A DNA stretch of 64,000 bases from an uncultured Nitrososphaerales archaeon (GCA_963841565.1 CAWJCY010000006.1:256001-320000); one strand, 5' to 3'. Positions 32,552 to 44,229 are shown, numbered from the stretch's first letter. Notes: a model not told the origin generated them from the sequence alone. Numbers and translations are program-made.

Positions 32552-34753
32552 ATGCCTAAATTTAAGTCCACCCAGGATATCCTTAGAATCATAGGAAATA
32601 AAGAGCAGATCCGCAATTTTGGGGTCATTGCTCATGTTGATCATGGCAAAACAACCATGAGTGATAGCCTCTTGGCGGCATCAGGAATTATTTCACCTTC
32701 GATTGCAGGACAGGCCCTTGCTCTAGATTCGATGAAACTTGAACAGAATAGGCAGATGACAATTAGAGGAGCTAATGTTACTCTGTACTACGAGAAGGAA
32801 GGGAAGGAGTACGTGGTTAACATGATTGATACACCCGGACACATAGATTTTACTGGAAGGGTTACTCGAGCGCTGCGGGCGATTGACGGGGCGGTAGTGG
32901 TGTCAGACTCCGTTGAAGGGATAATGACGCAGACTGAGACAGTGACGAGGCAGGCTTTAGAAGAAAGAGTAAGACCTGTTCTGTATATAAACAAGATTGA
33001 CAGACTGGTAAAGGAATTGAGATTGGATGCCGGAGCTATGCAAAAGTGGCTGTCTAATATCATCGCCGACTTTAATCATTTGATAGATATTTACGCAGAG
33101 CCAGAGCTCAAAGAAAAATGGAAGGTCAGTATCCAAGGAAACAGCGTTGCTTTTGGCTCAGCCAAGGATAGATGGGGATTTAATTTCAAAGTTGCACAGA
33201 AAAAAGGAGTTAGTTTTAAGGATGTTTATGATGCCTATACATCTGATGATCCTGGGGCAATCAAGAACCTAGCAGAGAGGGCACCGCTGCATGAAGCTGT
33301 TCTCGGGATGGTAGTTGAACATCATCCACCCCCTCATGTTGCTCAACGGTATCGAATTCCCAAAATTTGGCCTGGCGACTTGAATTCCGAACTCGGTAAA
33401 TCTCTCATTTCCTGTGATGACAAAGGTCCAGTAGTAATGATGGTGACGACGATAAATGTTGATCCGCAAGCAGGTAGAATAGCAACAGGACGACTTTTCT
33501 CAGGTACCGTGAAAGATGGAGATGAAGTATATCTGATTGATGCAAAGCGGCCAGGAAAAGTCCAATCCGTGAATATCTATATGGGAAATACCCGTGAACT
33601 GGTAAACATGTTGCCGGCAGGAAATATTCCAGCACTACTTGGATTGGATTATGCTGTCGCAGGTGAGACAATTTCCACAGTGAAGGCAATTCCGGCTTTT
33701 GAATCAATTAAATATGTATCGGAGCCAGTTGTAACGATAGCAGTCGAACCTAAACATCCAAGAGACTTGCCGAAATTAGTTGAAGCCCTAAGGAAGATCA
33801 CAGTGGAAGACCCTAATCTGATTATAAAAATCAATGAGGAGTCGGGTGAAACGCTTATGGCAGGTATGGGAGTTCTTCACCTAGAAATTGCTACGTCTCT
33901 TTTGCAGGAAGCAGGTTTGGAAATAACTACTACTCAGCCATTAATCAACTATCGTGAAACCAGCAGATATAAAACAAGCCCCATCATGAGCAAGTCACCG
34001 AATAAGCATAACAAGATCTTCATGCGAGTAGAGCCGCTAAATGAGGATATTATTGATATGATAAGGAATGGGCAAATTAAAGAAGATATGGATAAGAAGG
34101 AAATGGCCCGACTCCTGCGTGAAAAGGGGTGGAGTGCAGACGAGGCACGTAGCGTTGCTGCTCTAGATGTATCTGGGAATATGCTTATTGATGAGACAAA
34201 AGGTGTTCAATTTATTCAAGAATCCATGGATTCCATTAGGTCAGGGTTTGACGATGTGACACATTCTGGACCAATTGCTCATGAGACTGTCAGAGGAGTC
34301 AAATTTGTGTTGCATCATTTTGTTCCTCACGAGGACCCGGCACATAGAGGGTTAGCTCAGTTAATGCCGGCAACACGTAGGGCCATGCTTGGCTCGATGC
34401 TGATAGCGGATCCCACATTACTTGAACCGATTCTTGGAATTGAGGTAAAATGTCCTCAGGAGCAGATTGGTACCGTAGCAGGAATTCTCTCAAGTAAGAG
34501 AGGCAAATTGATTAACGTCGATCAGAAAGGACTTATCACTATTATCCAGGGCGAAGTTCCTGCATCTGAAACGTTCGATCTTTCTGAGGTTATGCGTGGT
34601 GGAACCGCCGGGAAAGCTTTGTGGAGTACCTATTTTAAAACCTGGCAGCCAGTGCCCCAATCCATCTTAAAGAGCCTAGTTGCAGACATACGAAAAAGAA
34701 AGGGTCTAAATCCAGAGCCACCAAATCCAGATGAATTCATAGATAAAGAATGA
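32552..34753 (+). CDS. fusA: Elongation factor 2 (aEF-2)
   Basis: AHVDHGKTT, DTPGHIDF, NKID and the diphthamide loop HEDPAHRG. Confidence 0.97.
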   Translation: MPKFKSTQDILRIIGNKEQIRNFGVIAHVDHGKTTMSDSLLAASGIISPSIAGQALALDSMKLEQNRQMTIRGANVTLYYEKEGKEYVVNMIDTPGHIDFTGRVTRALRAIDGAVVVSDSVEGIMTQTETVTRQALEERVRPVLYINKIDRLVKELRLDAGAMQKWLSNIIADFNHLIDIYAEPELKEKWKVSIQGNSVAFGSAKDRWGFNFKVAQKKGVSFKDVYDAYTSDDPGAIKNLAERAPLHEAVLGMVVEHHPPPHVAQRYRIPKIWPGDLNSELGKSLISCDDKGPVVMMVTTINVDPQAGRIATGRLFSGTVKDGDEVYLIDAKRPGKVQSVNIYMGNTRELVNMLPAGNIPALLGLDYAVAGETISTVKAIPAFESIKYVSEPVVTIAVEPKHPRDLPKLVEALRKITVEDPNLIIKINEESGETLMAGMGVLHLEIATSLLQEAGLEITTTQPLINYRETSRYKTSPIMSKSPNKHNKIFMRVEPLNEDIIDMIRNGQIKEDMDKKEMARLLREKGWSADEARSVAALDVSGNMLIDETKGVQFIQESMDSIRSGFDDVTHSGPIAHETVRGVKFVLHHFVPHEDPAHRGLAQLMPATRRAMLGSMLIADPTLLEPILGIEVKCPQEQIGTVAGILSSKRGKLINVDQKGLITIIQGEVPASETFDLSEVMRGGTAGKALWSTYFKTWQPVPQSILKSLVADIRKRKGLNPEPPNPDEFIDKE

Positions 34754-35011
34754 CAAGTTTTAATCTTTTATGAATAATGCATATTTTTTTGCTAAGGCGT
34801 GCATCTCTATGATTTTCTCTGAAGGTTTTGTTCAAGAAAACAAATGACTCCCACGATTGGAAAAGGCAGTTTTTAGGTTAAGGCTAAAACATTAGGAATT
34901 TTATTACTGAAGAGTGTGTTATTTCGCCCATTCTTGTACGTCTGCTAGACGTTTTGAATGTTTACATAGCTCCCAATAGTTATAAGCGATAAAATCATTT
35001 CCTTTCTCAAA

Positions 35012-36196
35012 ATGAAACTTGATCATCCCAGGTATACCGAGAGATTTGGGGCAATTAGCTTACACGGTGTACAGCGTGTATATGAATTAGATTCTGGCTT
35101 TAGCAATGGGAGGCCCACTTCAGAGACGATTCGAAGTATTGGAAATGAAGAAATCTCTGAAATAGAGAAAAAAATGGCCATTGTAATCCCCATTAAAGGC
35201 GAACGTTTGAAACTGCTTGAGGGTGTGTTAAGTGGCATTCCACACGATTGCCTTACGATAATTGTCTCCAATAGTCCCAGGCAACCTGTCGATAGGTACA
35301 AATTGGAAAAAGAGGCGTTGGAACAGTTTAACCGTTTCGTTGGTAAGAACGCGTTGATTTTGCATCAGAAGGATCCTGGACTCTCAGATGCGCTTAAAGA
35401 GGTGGGATATAACAGCATCTTTGGACCAGATGACATAGTTAGAAACGGCAAAGCTGAAGGCATGATTACTGGGATGCTTCTTGCTAAGATGGCTGGAAAG
35501 GATTACGTTGGGTTTATCGATGCGGATAATTATGTTCCGGGAGCGGTTAATGAATATGTTAAGATCTTCGCATCAGGACTTGCCATGTCAAATAGTCCGT
35601 ACACGATGGTCAGGATTTCATGGATCTACAAACCTAAAGTTTCAGAGAGTGGTCTGTACTTTTCCAAGTGGGGGAGAGTCTCTGAAATAACTAATCAGTA
35701 TCTTAACTCTCTAGTTTCCTATTATACTGGCTTTGAGACCGAAGTTATGCGTACCGGAAATTCGGGTGAACATTGTATGTCGATGAAGCTTGCCGAATTG
35801 CTTACTTATTCATCTGGCTTTTCAGTAGAACCTTATGAAATAGTCAATGTCCTGGAAGAATTTGGCGGAATTCTACCCACAGAAAATCAAGAGGCAATGG
35901 ACAAGGGCATAGAAATCTCTCAGGTAGAAACACGAAATCCTCATTTTCATGAAGAGAAAGGAGATGACCACATTAAAGAAATGTTCTTCGGGTCTCTTGG
36001 TTGTATTTATCATAGCAAGATCTGTCCTCCGAGGTTAAGGGAAAAAATCGTAGAAGAATTGCGCAATCGAACAATGTTAGAGGAAGGACAGGAAATAGAC
36101 ACTCTAAGGAAGATCAGTCCATTTAACAAAATAGATATGCGACAATTTGCAAATATACTGCATGAAAGGGCTTCAAGCCTGATTCACTTTGTATAA
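35012..36196 (+). CDS. mpgS: Mannosyl-3-phosphoglycerate synthase
   Basis: LLEGVLSGIPH, VRNGKAEGM, YVGFIDADNY.PG, MVRI.W.YKPK, WGRVSE and ETRNPHFHE motifs. Confidence 0.92.
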   Translation: MKLDHPRYTERFGAISLHGVQRVYELDSGFSNGRPTSETIRSIGNEEISEIEKKMAIVIPIKGERLKLLEGVLSGIPHDCLTIIVSNSPRQPVDRYKLEKEALEQFNRFVGKNALILHQKDPGLSDALKEVGYNSIFGPDDIVRNGKAEGMITGMLLAKMAGKDYVGFIDADNYVPGAVNEYVKIFASGLAMSNSPYTMVRISWIYKPKVSESGLYFSKWGRVSEITNQYLNSLVSYYTGFETEVMRTGNSGEHCMSMKLAELLTYSSGFSVEPYEIVNVLEEFGGILPTENQEAMDKGIEISQVETRNPHFHEEKGDDHIKEMFFGSLGCIYHSKICPPRLREKIVEELRNRTMLEEGQEIDTLRKISPFNKIDMRQFANILHERASSLIHFV

Positions 36197-36537
36197 ACTT
36201 GTTATGGCCGATCACGATAAATTGAAATTCTTTTGTTAGCAATTGACCGCTAACCTTTAGCTAAGAATTAGATTTCTTTGCTCTATTGATCGAGTTAACG
36301 TATGGCTCTCAAGCACAGGTTGATGCGAGCCTTATACTCCTATCTCACAGTAACAGTAATAATTAGAACAGAGACAGTCGATAGATAAGATATATTTTTC
36401 AAATACTATTGATAATGCCGATCAGAGTTATGACTCCATGACTCCAAATGTTTTAGTATTGATAGAAGTTATGTAACATAGTTAAGTAGCCAATAGTTAC
36501 TATCGGCTTTAATATCAGCTACGATAATTATTCAGAT

Positions 36538-37812
36538 ATGCGTTATCATGATCTTTCGGAAATGAATTTCAATATTTCGAGTAGACAGAAAAAATTCTTA
36601 TCAAAAGTCGATAACGCATCCAAATTGTTGCGGGGATATGAAGAAGAGTGTTACCTTAGTGAAAGAATCAATAACAGGATTGTACCAGTTTTCAAAAATA
36701 TTGGAATGCTAGGCTGTCCAATTTCTACAAAATATGGGGGTCTGGGGTACGACTTTCTCACCTACTGTCTTGCACTAGAAAGGATTGGAGAAGAAGGAAG
36801 TTCTATTAGAACATTCTTATCAGCTCACACTTCAATTGGTCAGCTGGTCCTTCAAGGGTGGGCAAATGAGGAACAGAAAAGAGAATACCTTCCACATACC
36901 ACAAGAGGGAAAAGCATAATGGCATTCGCCCTTACTGAACCTAACGCTGGTAGCGATCCATCTTCTATAGAAATGGCATTTGAAGAGAAAAGCGACCACT
37001 ATGTCCTCAATGGAAGAAAACATTGGGTTGGTAATGGAACGTTTGCCGACCTGTTGACTACATATGCTAAGGAACGGAACAGTAAATATGGATATGAAAA
37101 CGGAAGAATTTCAGCATTTATAGTAGATAAGAATTGTCAGGGTATAAGGCGAAAAGAGATCAAGAACAAAATGGGTCTCCTCACAGTAAAGAATGCTGAA
37201 CTTCTTTTTAGAAATTGCATTATTCCCAAAAAAAACCTCTTAGGGCTGAAAGGACAGGGTCTAAGCATAGCATACAGCGCACTCATAGATGGCCGTCTGA
37301 GCGTCGCAGCAGGAGCTATAGGTGTCATTAAAGATTGCTTGGCAGAGTCAATCCGTTATTCCAAACACAGAACTCAGCACGGAGACCTTCTAGGTAAAAA
37401 GCAGCTAATTCAAGACCACCTTGCAAAGATGGTAGTTAGTCTGGAGAGCTCCAGATGGCTAGTTTATCGTGCGGCTATCACTAGACAGCAGTTGCAAGAT
37501 TATGTCGAGACGTTTAAGAAAGATAATACGGACTGGCAATTAAAATTAAATAAATCCAATGAGAAGTATATCCGATTAAGAAACGAGGCAGATAGAATTT
37601 CTGCTATATCAAAGTTCTATACTAGCAATTGTGCGTTCGATGCCGCTAATCGTTCAGTTCAAATATACGGTTCAGCTGGATACACCAAAAAATCTAGGGT
37701 TGCAAGACACTTTTTGGATTCCCGTGCAATTATGATTTACGAAGGCGCAAATGAGGTGCTGGCACTTAAAATTGGCTCACAAAGCTTGGGCAAGAATTTT
37801 AAAGCCTATTAG
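36538..37812 (+). CDS. Acyl-CoA dehydrogenase family protein
   Basis: AFALTEPNAGSD, LNGRKHWVGNG, R.Q.G..L...Q, QIYGSAGY and IYEGANEV motifs. Confidence 0.92.
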   Translation: MRYHDLSEMNFNISSRQKKFLSKVDNASKLLRGYEEECYLSERINNRIVPVFKNIGMLGCPISTKYGGLGYDFLTYCLALERIGEEGSSIRTFLSAHTSIGQLVLQGWANEEQKREYLPHTTRGKSIMAFALTEPNAGSDPSSIEMAFEEKSDHYVLNGRKHWVGNGTFADLLTTYAKERNSKYGYENGRISAFIVDKNCQGIRRKEIKNKMGLLTVKNAELLFRNCIIPKKNLLGLKGQGLSIAYSALIDGRLSVAAGAIGVIKDCLAESIRYSKHRTQHGDLLGKKQLIQDHLAKMVVSLESSRWLVYRAAITRQQLQDYVETFKKDNTDWQLKLNKSNEKYIRLRNEADRISAISKFYTSNCAFDAANRSVQIYGSAGYTKKSRVARHFLDSRAIMIYEGANEVLALKIGSQSLGKNFKAY

Positions 37813-38082
37813 CAGTCGTCGATTTCCGCTGATATACGCTCGAGCTGCCTAGAGTCATTATAGTAAACAGTCAGTACGGAGGATCCAATTTAAATATTTT
37901 CTTTCAATGCTTATGACACAGTCTTCCTCATCATACCTGTCCACCTTCTAGCTATTGTTTGTAATATATCATAAATCGGTACAAACTTATTTATTTCAGT
38001 TCTCGTCCCCGTTCTCCTCCAAATATCTATAAAAAAACCCCTGTTTTTAGGGAGATCTAGTCAATCTTTTTATTAGTCACTT

Positions 38083-39123
38083 GTGAATCAGGCTTTAAGA
38101 ATGAAAATTGCTGTAGTTGGGATTGGTGTCGCTGGTGCATACATCATGAACAAACTCAGCCAAGATGGGGATATCACGGTAAAGGGCTTTGAAAGGATGC
38201 CAGAGGAGAAGCATGATGCGGTGTGCGCTTGGGCAACATGCGAGAACGTAATGGATGGTTTAGTAATGGAATGCGGTTTGGATTTCAGCACGTACGTTCT
38301 CCACAAAGGTAAAAATATGAAGGTCGAGTTGATAGATGATAGTATTGATATCAAGTTAAGAGGCATGGTCGCTTATGATAAATTGCAGCTCATTAAAGAT
38401 ATGATACGTGGTACCGACATAGAGTTTGGAAAGGTGCCAAGGAAGGAGAACTTGGAATCTGATTTTGATCTTATTGTAGATGCAACAGGATTTCACAGGA
38501 ATTATTTGCCTAAAGTTAGCAACGAGACTTGGATTCCATGTGTACAATACAAAGTAAAATATGATCGGAATAGGAATCCATATGATGACTTTTATTTGAA
38601 GGCATTTTCTAGTATGTCAGGTTACTTTTGGTATTTTCCTCTCGATAATGGATATGCCCATATAGGAGCTGGTGATTTCGGACGAAAATATACGATTGGA
38701 TTCCTAGATGATTTTTTAAACAGGCATAAATGCGAAATCATTCACAAGGTAGGCAGACCAGTTAGAATAAGCCCCCCTTCTCTATGTGAACCGTTTTCGG
38801 ATGGGAGAAAAACGATTGGAGTAGGTGAATCGATTGGTACCGTCTATGCATTATTGGGTGAAGGTATCGTGCCGTCTACTTGGTGTGCACAGTTATTTGT
38901 AGAACATCTCCATAATTTGAAGCAATACAGAAGTGCAGTATTAAAGAAGTTTGACATCTACGCTTTAGTTCATAAATTCATCAAAATGAAAATCTCAGGC
39001 AGATTTAGCATGCTAAGGAATTCTCGCGACTTGTTGAGAATCTATACTCACATGAAGATGAATGAAAAGAGATACGGAATGAAGGTTGAAATGAAGAACA
39101 TGCTAAAGATCTCAAAAATATGA
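38083..39123 (+). CDS. FAD-dependent oxidoreductase, geranylgeranyl-reductase-like (start probably ATG at 38101)
   Basis: VVGIGVAG, IVDATG, GYFWYFP and VGESIG.V..L.GEGI motifs. Confidence 0.8.
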   Translation: MNQALRMKIAVVGIGVAGAYIMNKLSQDGDITVKGFERMPEEKHDAVCAWATCENVMDGLVMECGLDFSTYVLHKGKNMKVELIDDSIDIKLRGMVAYDKLQLIKDMIRGTDIEFGKVPRKENLESDFDLIVDATGFHRNYLPKVSNETWIPCVQYKVKYDRNRNPYDDFYLKAFSSMSGYFWYFPLDNGYAHIGAGDFGRKYTIGFLDDFLNRHKCEIIHKVGRPVRISPPSLCEPFSDGRKTIGVGESIGTVYALLGEGIVPSTWCAQLFVEHLHNLKQYRSAVLKKFDIYALVHKFIKMKISGRFSMLRNSRDLLRIYTHMKMNEKRYGMKVEMKNMLKISKI

Positions 39124-39696
39124 GGGAACTTCTTGGCTGTTCATATTAATTCGGCCCTGCTGTATTTGCTAAAGTACCGGATCAAGTCATACTGACACAT
39201 GAATTATTAGAATTGAACCCTGTCAAGGGCTTGATGGCTATATTCTGGAAAGGACCAACAGTCCGATAATTGGGGAGATAGATGACGAAATATTTTCTAG
39301 AACATGAGGTCGAGCGTATTTCATCTTGATTCCTTTTTTTCAATTAATTGCACTTTATGTAAAAACTTTCCTTTTTCCATTTTTTGTTTAGAAGACAAAA
39401 TGTATTTTAGTATCTTTTTTTGTGTTAAACATTGCCTTGGGTAAATTCGTGCATTGATATTTGCCAAATTTAATACTTGTTGTTTCAGCTGTGAAGATAC
39501 GACCACCGTGATGATTGCCGGAATTTACTTGACTTTTATGACAAAATCAGAACAGATAGAAACTCATCCTAGCAACATAATAATAGCAACGACCAAACGT
39601 CCGAAGAATCTGACATTTCGTCCTACTGAACACTGGGAGATATAATACACAAACTTCTAGTCACAAATATATGAAAGCCCGAGGATTAAAGGATGG

Positions 39697-40180
39697 ATGA
39701 GCAGCGGAGTTAGCGGCGAACAAGCAGCCCTCGAACAAAAGGTTAATGAAATGATGCAGCAAGCAAGGGTGCTTGAAGCTCATTTGAATGAGATTATTGC
39801 TCGGGAGGCGAGCTGTCAATAGACTGCTAGAAGAGGCCAAATTGGCATCTAGTGCGGTGCAAGAGGTTCAGTCTGAAACAGAAGTTGAATCATACGTTCC
39901 CGTCGGCGTTGGGGTTCATATGAAAGTATCAGTGCCCCCAGTAAAGAAATTGCTTATCAGTATAGGTGCAGGAGTAGCAGTGGAACGGAGTAGAGAGGAT
40001 ACAATCAACTACATAGAGTCTAGGTTGAAGGAGTTCGAAATTGCCTTGAAACAGCTAATGGGGCAAAAGCAACAGGTTTCCCTCCGGATGGAGCAAATCC
40101 AAGTTCAAGTCAACGAAATGGTGCAGAGAGCAACCTCTGGCAGGAGCAGCTTGGGTAATCCCAGTAGCAATAATAAGTAG
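39697..40180 (+). CDS. pfdA: Prefoldin alpha subunit; split by a +1 frameshift near 39810
   Basis: MSSGVSGEQAALEQKVNEMMQQARVLEAHLNEIIARE joins AVNRLLEEA...YVPVGVGV...LISIGAGVAVERS; lies directly upstream of ftsY as in the conserved archaeal operon. Confidence 0.85.
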
Positions 40181-40205
40181 TCGCGTTAAAGTTAAAAAGA
40201 CGCAA

Positions 40206-41846
40206 ATGTTTGAACAGCTCAAAAGAGCGTTTTCTGACGCAGCGAGAAACCTATCGTCTCATAAGGAAATTTCTGAAAGAGATTTAAATAATCAATTATC
40301 TGAACTTGAAATTTCTCTTCTTGAAAGTGATGTTGCCCCAGAGGTTGTGGATGATCTTGTTGTAAGCCTGAGGACCGAATTACTTGGTTTAGAACTTGAA
40401 AAAGGACAAAGTGCAGAAGATGTGATCAGGCTCAAGCTCAGAATGCGGATAGCTGACATGTTTAACAAATCTGGAACTATGAATATTATCCAACTAATCA
40501 GATCTAAGAAGGAAGCAGGAAAAGGACCATTTGTTATACTTCTACTTGGAATTAATGGCACTGGTAAAACAACTACTATTGCAAAAATTGCTCATCTGTT
40601 TAAGAAAAATGGAATTTCAACTGTACTTGCAGCTGCGGATACACATAGAGCGGGTGCAATTGAGCAGCTATCGCAACACGGAGAAAATTTGTCTATAAAA
40701 GTCATTTCGCAGCGATATGGAGCTGATCCATCAGCTGTTGGCCGTGACGCTGTGGATTATGCCACTAAACACCGCGTAGATACGGTACTAATTGATACTG
40801 CCGGCAGAATGCAGACAGCAAAGAATCTGATGGATGAAATTAACAAGATAGTTAGGGTTGTAAAGCCAGATATCAAATTATTTATTGGTGATTCATTGGC
40901 AGGAAATGATACCATTAACCAAGCACGCGAGTTTTATGAGTATACCAAATTTGACGGTGCGATACTAACCAAGACGGACGCAGATGCCAAAGGAGGTTCG
41001 GCCATATCAATTGTACATACCACATCAAAGCCAATTGTGCTCTTAGGAATGGGACAAAGTTACGACGACATTACACCATTTAGCTCTGAGAAATTTCTAG
41101 ATTCGGTCTTTGGTAATTCCCCCATGGTTAGTGAAACGGAGCTTCCTTTTAACAATATCATTCAACAGGATGTGACCAAACAAGATATGAACAGGAGTGA
41201 AAAAGTAGAAACGGATATAGAATTACCGTATGAGGAGGTAACTTTGAGAACTGTAAGTAATGAAGATACTTCTGAGAGACTGAGTCAAAAAATAGAGGGA
41301 ACTCCTCCTGAATTTCCTCCAGATTCAGATGATCCTAGTTCTAATAAATATGAATCACTAGACAAAGTCGCCTCTGAAAAGCTTACTATCCAGCAGCAAC
41401 AACAGACAGATCAGCAAGAAGGACATTTTGAGCAAACACCACACAATTCAGAACAGCAGCAAGATCAAGTGCAACTGCAACAACAAGAACAAACACAGCA
41501 GCAAAGTTATCAAGAACAGCAACCCCAGGTTATTAATGTCACAGCTAGTAAGAAACCTGAGTCAATATCGGAGAAAAAAGAATCTGGTGGCTTTTTTAAA
41601 GGTCTGTTCGGCAAGAAAAATAAAAACAAGACACAAGATCCAGAAAAGGATTCTGCAATTGATAATCATACTATCAACAGCTCTCATGAAAAAAATCTCG
41701 CCTCAGCCGTGGAATCTGAAGGGAAGTCCAATACTAAGGATTTAGTCGAAAACAACGAGAAAAAAACCAGTAGTCAGAAGAAAGACGAAGAAGAAGAAGA
41801 AATAGTATATCTAACGGATGAAGACATTGAAGACCTCCTTAAATAA
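40206..41846 (+). CDS. ftsY: Signal recognition particle receptor FtsY with long C-terminal low-complexity extension
   Basis: GINGTGKTTTIAK, DTHRAGAIEQL, DTAGR and TKTDADAKGG motifs; about 240 aa acidic/Gln-rich tail. Confidence 0.95.
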   Translation: MFEQLKRAFSDAARNLSSHKEISERDLNNQLSELEISLLESDVAPEVVDDLVVSLRTELLGLELEKGQSAEDVIRLKLRMRIADMFNKSGTMNIIQLIRSKKEAGKGPFVILLLGINGTGKTTTIAKIAHLFKKNGISTVLAAADTHRAGAIEQLSQHGENLSIKVISQRYGADPSAVGRDAVDYATKHRVDTVLIDTAGRMQTAKNLMDEINKIVRVVKPDIKLFIGDSLAGNDTINQAREFYEYTKFDGAILTKTDADAKGGSAISIVHTTSKPIVLLGMGQSYDDITPFSSEKFLDSVFGNSPMVSETELPFNNIIQQDVTKQDMNRSEKVETDIELPYEEVTLRTVSNEDTSERLSQKIEGTPPEFPPDSDDPSSNKYESLDKVASEKLTIQQQQQTDQQEGHFEQTPHNSEQQQDQVQLQQQEQTQQQSYQEQQPQVINVTASKKPESISEKKESGGFFKGLFGKKNKNKTQDPEKDSAIDNHTINSSHEKNLASAVESEGKSNTKDLVENNEKKTSSQKKDEEEEEIVYLTDEDIEDLLK

Positions 41847-42769
41847 GAAAAATTTTTTGAGTCTTAATGACCTAGGTAAAGAGGAAATCCTATCAATCTT
41901 AGAGTTATCAAAGGAACTCAAGAGGGACTTGAAAAATGGAAAATCGTCCCAATTATTGAAGGGAAGAACGCTTGCCATGATATTTCAGAAACCCTCTACT
42001 AGGACCAGATTAAGTTTTGAAACTGGAATCGTACAACTAGGTGGCACCGCTATCTATCTGAGTTCAAACGACCTTCAGCTAGCTAGAGGAGAATCAATCG
42101 AAGATACAGCTCGAACTCTTTCGCTCTACGTTGACTTGATTATGGCACGTGTATATGCGCATTCGGATATTGAGAAACTTGCTGCATACTCTTCTGTTCC
42201 CGTCATAAACGGGCTTTCAGATACTTTTCATCCTTGCCAAATTCTGGCCGATCTCCTCACGATTCAAGAGCAGAAAAATACATTCAATGGATTGAAAGTT
42301 GCATGGATAGGAGAGGGCAATAATGTTTGTAATGATCTCAGTACTTGGTTGTTCGAAGATAGGCATGAATCTTTCGATTGCTTGTCCTCCTGGTTTTGAA
42401 CCGAATGAATTTGTTCTAGATGTAGCAAGACAAGAGGCTTCCAAAAGTTCTACAGAAATATCGATCACAGATGATCCTTTAAAGGCCGTTCAAAACGCAG
42501 ATGTATTGGCAACAGACACATTCATATCCATTGGAAAGGATGAGGAAAGACAGCGAAGAGAAGAGATATTCTTACCTAAGTACCAAGTAAATTCTAATCT
42601 GTTGAGATCTGCGAAGCAAGATTGCATTTTTATGCACTGTCTTCCAGCCTCCAGAGGTCGGGAAGTCACTTCCGAAGTAATTGACGGTAAGGCATCTGTA
42701 GTGTGGGACCAAGCCGAAAATAGGCTACACGTACAGAAGGCTTTAATGTGTATGCTACCTTTGAGGTAA
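41818..42769 (+). CDS. argF: Ornithine carbamoyltransferase; split by a +1 frameshift near 42340
   Basis: KPSTRTR, HPCQILAD and GNNVCN, then in the next frame TDTFISIG, FMHCLP and QAENRLH. Confidence 0.9.
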
Positions 42770-42966
42770 ACCCTTCTCGTTCATAATGATTTGACGTCGG
42801 TGAATGAACTTTCGATAGAGGAATTGATATTTTTGAACTTTGAAATCGCTATTCTAAATGATTATTGATTATCGCAAAGACAATTCCCAGTTTGTACTAA
42901 AGTCCGCATTTCCTACTCTAGGACTAGTACATTCATGGAGTTTGTATCGAAATTTACCTTTATATT

Positions 42967-43377
42967 ATGGCTACTATTAGGTGGATAATCATGCCCTCTG
43001 ACGAATTGCATGAAATAAGAAGGGTTTTCCAAGGCTTACAAACTCTGTATCAATTACATCTCCCAAAAATAAGTCCTGCGCTAATACACGATCTGCTCAT
43101 CCGCGAAGAAGAGGAAGTACAAAAGTCTAATAAGACATCGACTTCATCTCCCCCGTTTTATATGGTCGAAATATCTACCACAAAGAGTACAGACCCTGAA
43201 AAAATGAAAAACTTGATATTTAAAAAGACAGGGCTTCTGCCGTCAGTTTATGAAAATGGTACCCACTATGTAGCAAACATGAGACTGACTCTGGAATTAC
43301 TGAAGGTGATTAGTGAATCTGAGGAAGGTATTGTAAAAGTTTCAGGGGACTATACCGGAGGAATAAGCGGAAGATGA
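42967..43377 (+). CDS. Conserved hypothetical protein (start may be ATG at 42991)
   Basis: Coherent ORF with LPKISPALIHDLL and P.VYENGTHYVAN motifs resembling a Nitrososphaeraceae family. Confidence 0.65.
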   Translation: MATIRWIIMPSDELHEIRRVFQGLQTLYQLHLPKISPALIHDLLIREEEEVQKSNKTSTSSPPFYMVEISTTKSTDPEKMKNLIFKKTGLLPSVYENGTHYVANMRLTLELLKVISESEEGIVKVSGDYTGGISGR

Positions 43378-43842
43378 ATTCAAGAAAATAGCTACTAGAA
43401 TAGCCCTTGTTGCCTCAGTTTGAGCGAGAGAGTCAATATTGTATGCAAGTTCTTACGGTGATTGGGCTTTTGGCCCAAAATCGTCATTTAGCGGGTAGAA
43501 TAAGTTGAATTGGGGGGTGGCAAATCTCATGTTTATTGGAATTTTATCCATAGTATTTCATTGTATCCGTACTAGAATCACTCTGGGAGATGGCTAATAT
43601 GGAAGGTCACTTTGAGGAGTTATTATGCGCAGTACTAATGGTGAAATCAACCTATGATAATGGGTTCAGAGCAATTTTAAGATTTATTATCATTTACATT
43701 TACAGGCTACCAGTTTATCTGGATCCTCTATTGTGGAATAAATTAATCGACTTGTTCCAAATACAAGATTAAATAGTTATATAATATCTATAATGAAAAA
43801 ATATATTGTTGAAGCTCTGAGTGGCTTGTTAGTAGTAATGTC

Positions 43843-44229
43843 TTAGGTAGCTGCATCTGCTTCTGCGATTACCACATGTTTGTCAACTTGATCAATACCA
43901 AGTGTCTCCAAAATAGTAAACGGCACTGACTCACCTGGTTGGAGTGTCTGAGACGGTTGAGTAATGAATCTACTGGTCTCAAGTAAAAGTTGTCCATTTG
44001 AATCGTAGAACTGCACGTTTACCCTTATATCATCTACACCCGCAGTCGAATTGTTTACAACTTGTCCTTCCAGTTCTACATTATTGGTAGGACCTGCTAT
44101 TAATTCGACTTGTGAGGTTTCTAGGTTAACAGTGTTCGGTTGTTTTTGTGCCAATACCTCAGCAGTTGTAAAGACAGTCATTGCAGTCAATATAGGAATT
44201 AACACCTTGATGATTGAGTTTGTCATCAA
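43843..44229 (-). CDS. Secreted FxLYD-domain (Ig-like) protein
   Basis: Signal peptide; GQVVNNS...VNVQFYDSNG...LQPGESVPF. Confidence 0.8.
   Translation of the reverse strand: MMTNSIIKVLIPILTAMTVFTTAEVLAQKQPNTVNLETSQVELIAGPTNNVELEGQVVNNSTAGVDDIRVNVQFYDSNGQLLLETSRFITQPSQTLQPGESVPFTILETLGIDQVDKHVVIAEADAAT

Noticed and set aside
39321-39645. Short ORFs upstream of pfdA (expected ribosomal LX/eIF6 genes)
   Set aside because: Translations do not resemble those proteins; likely spurious
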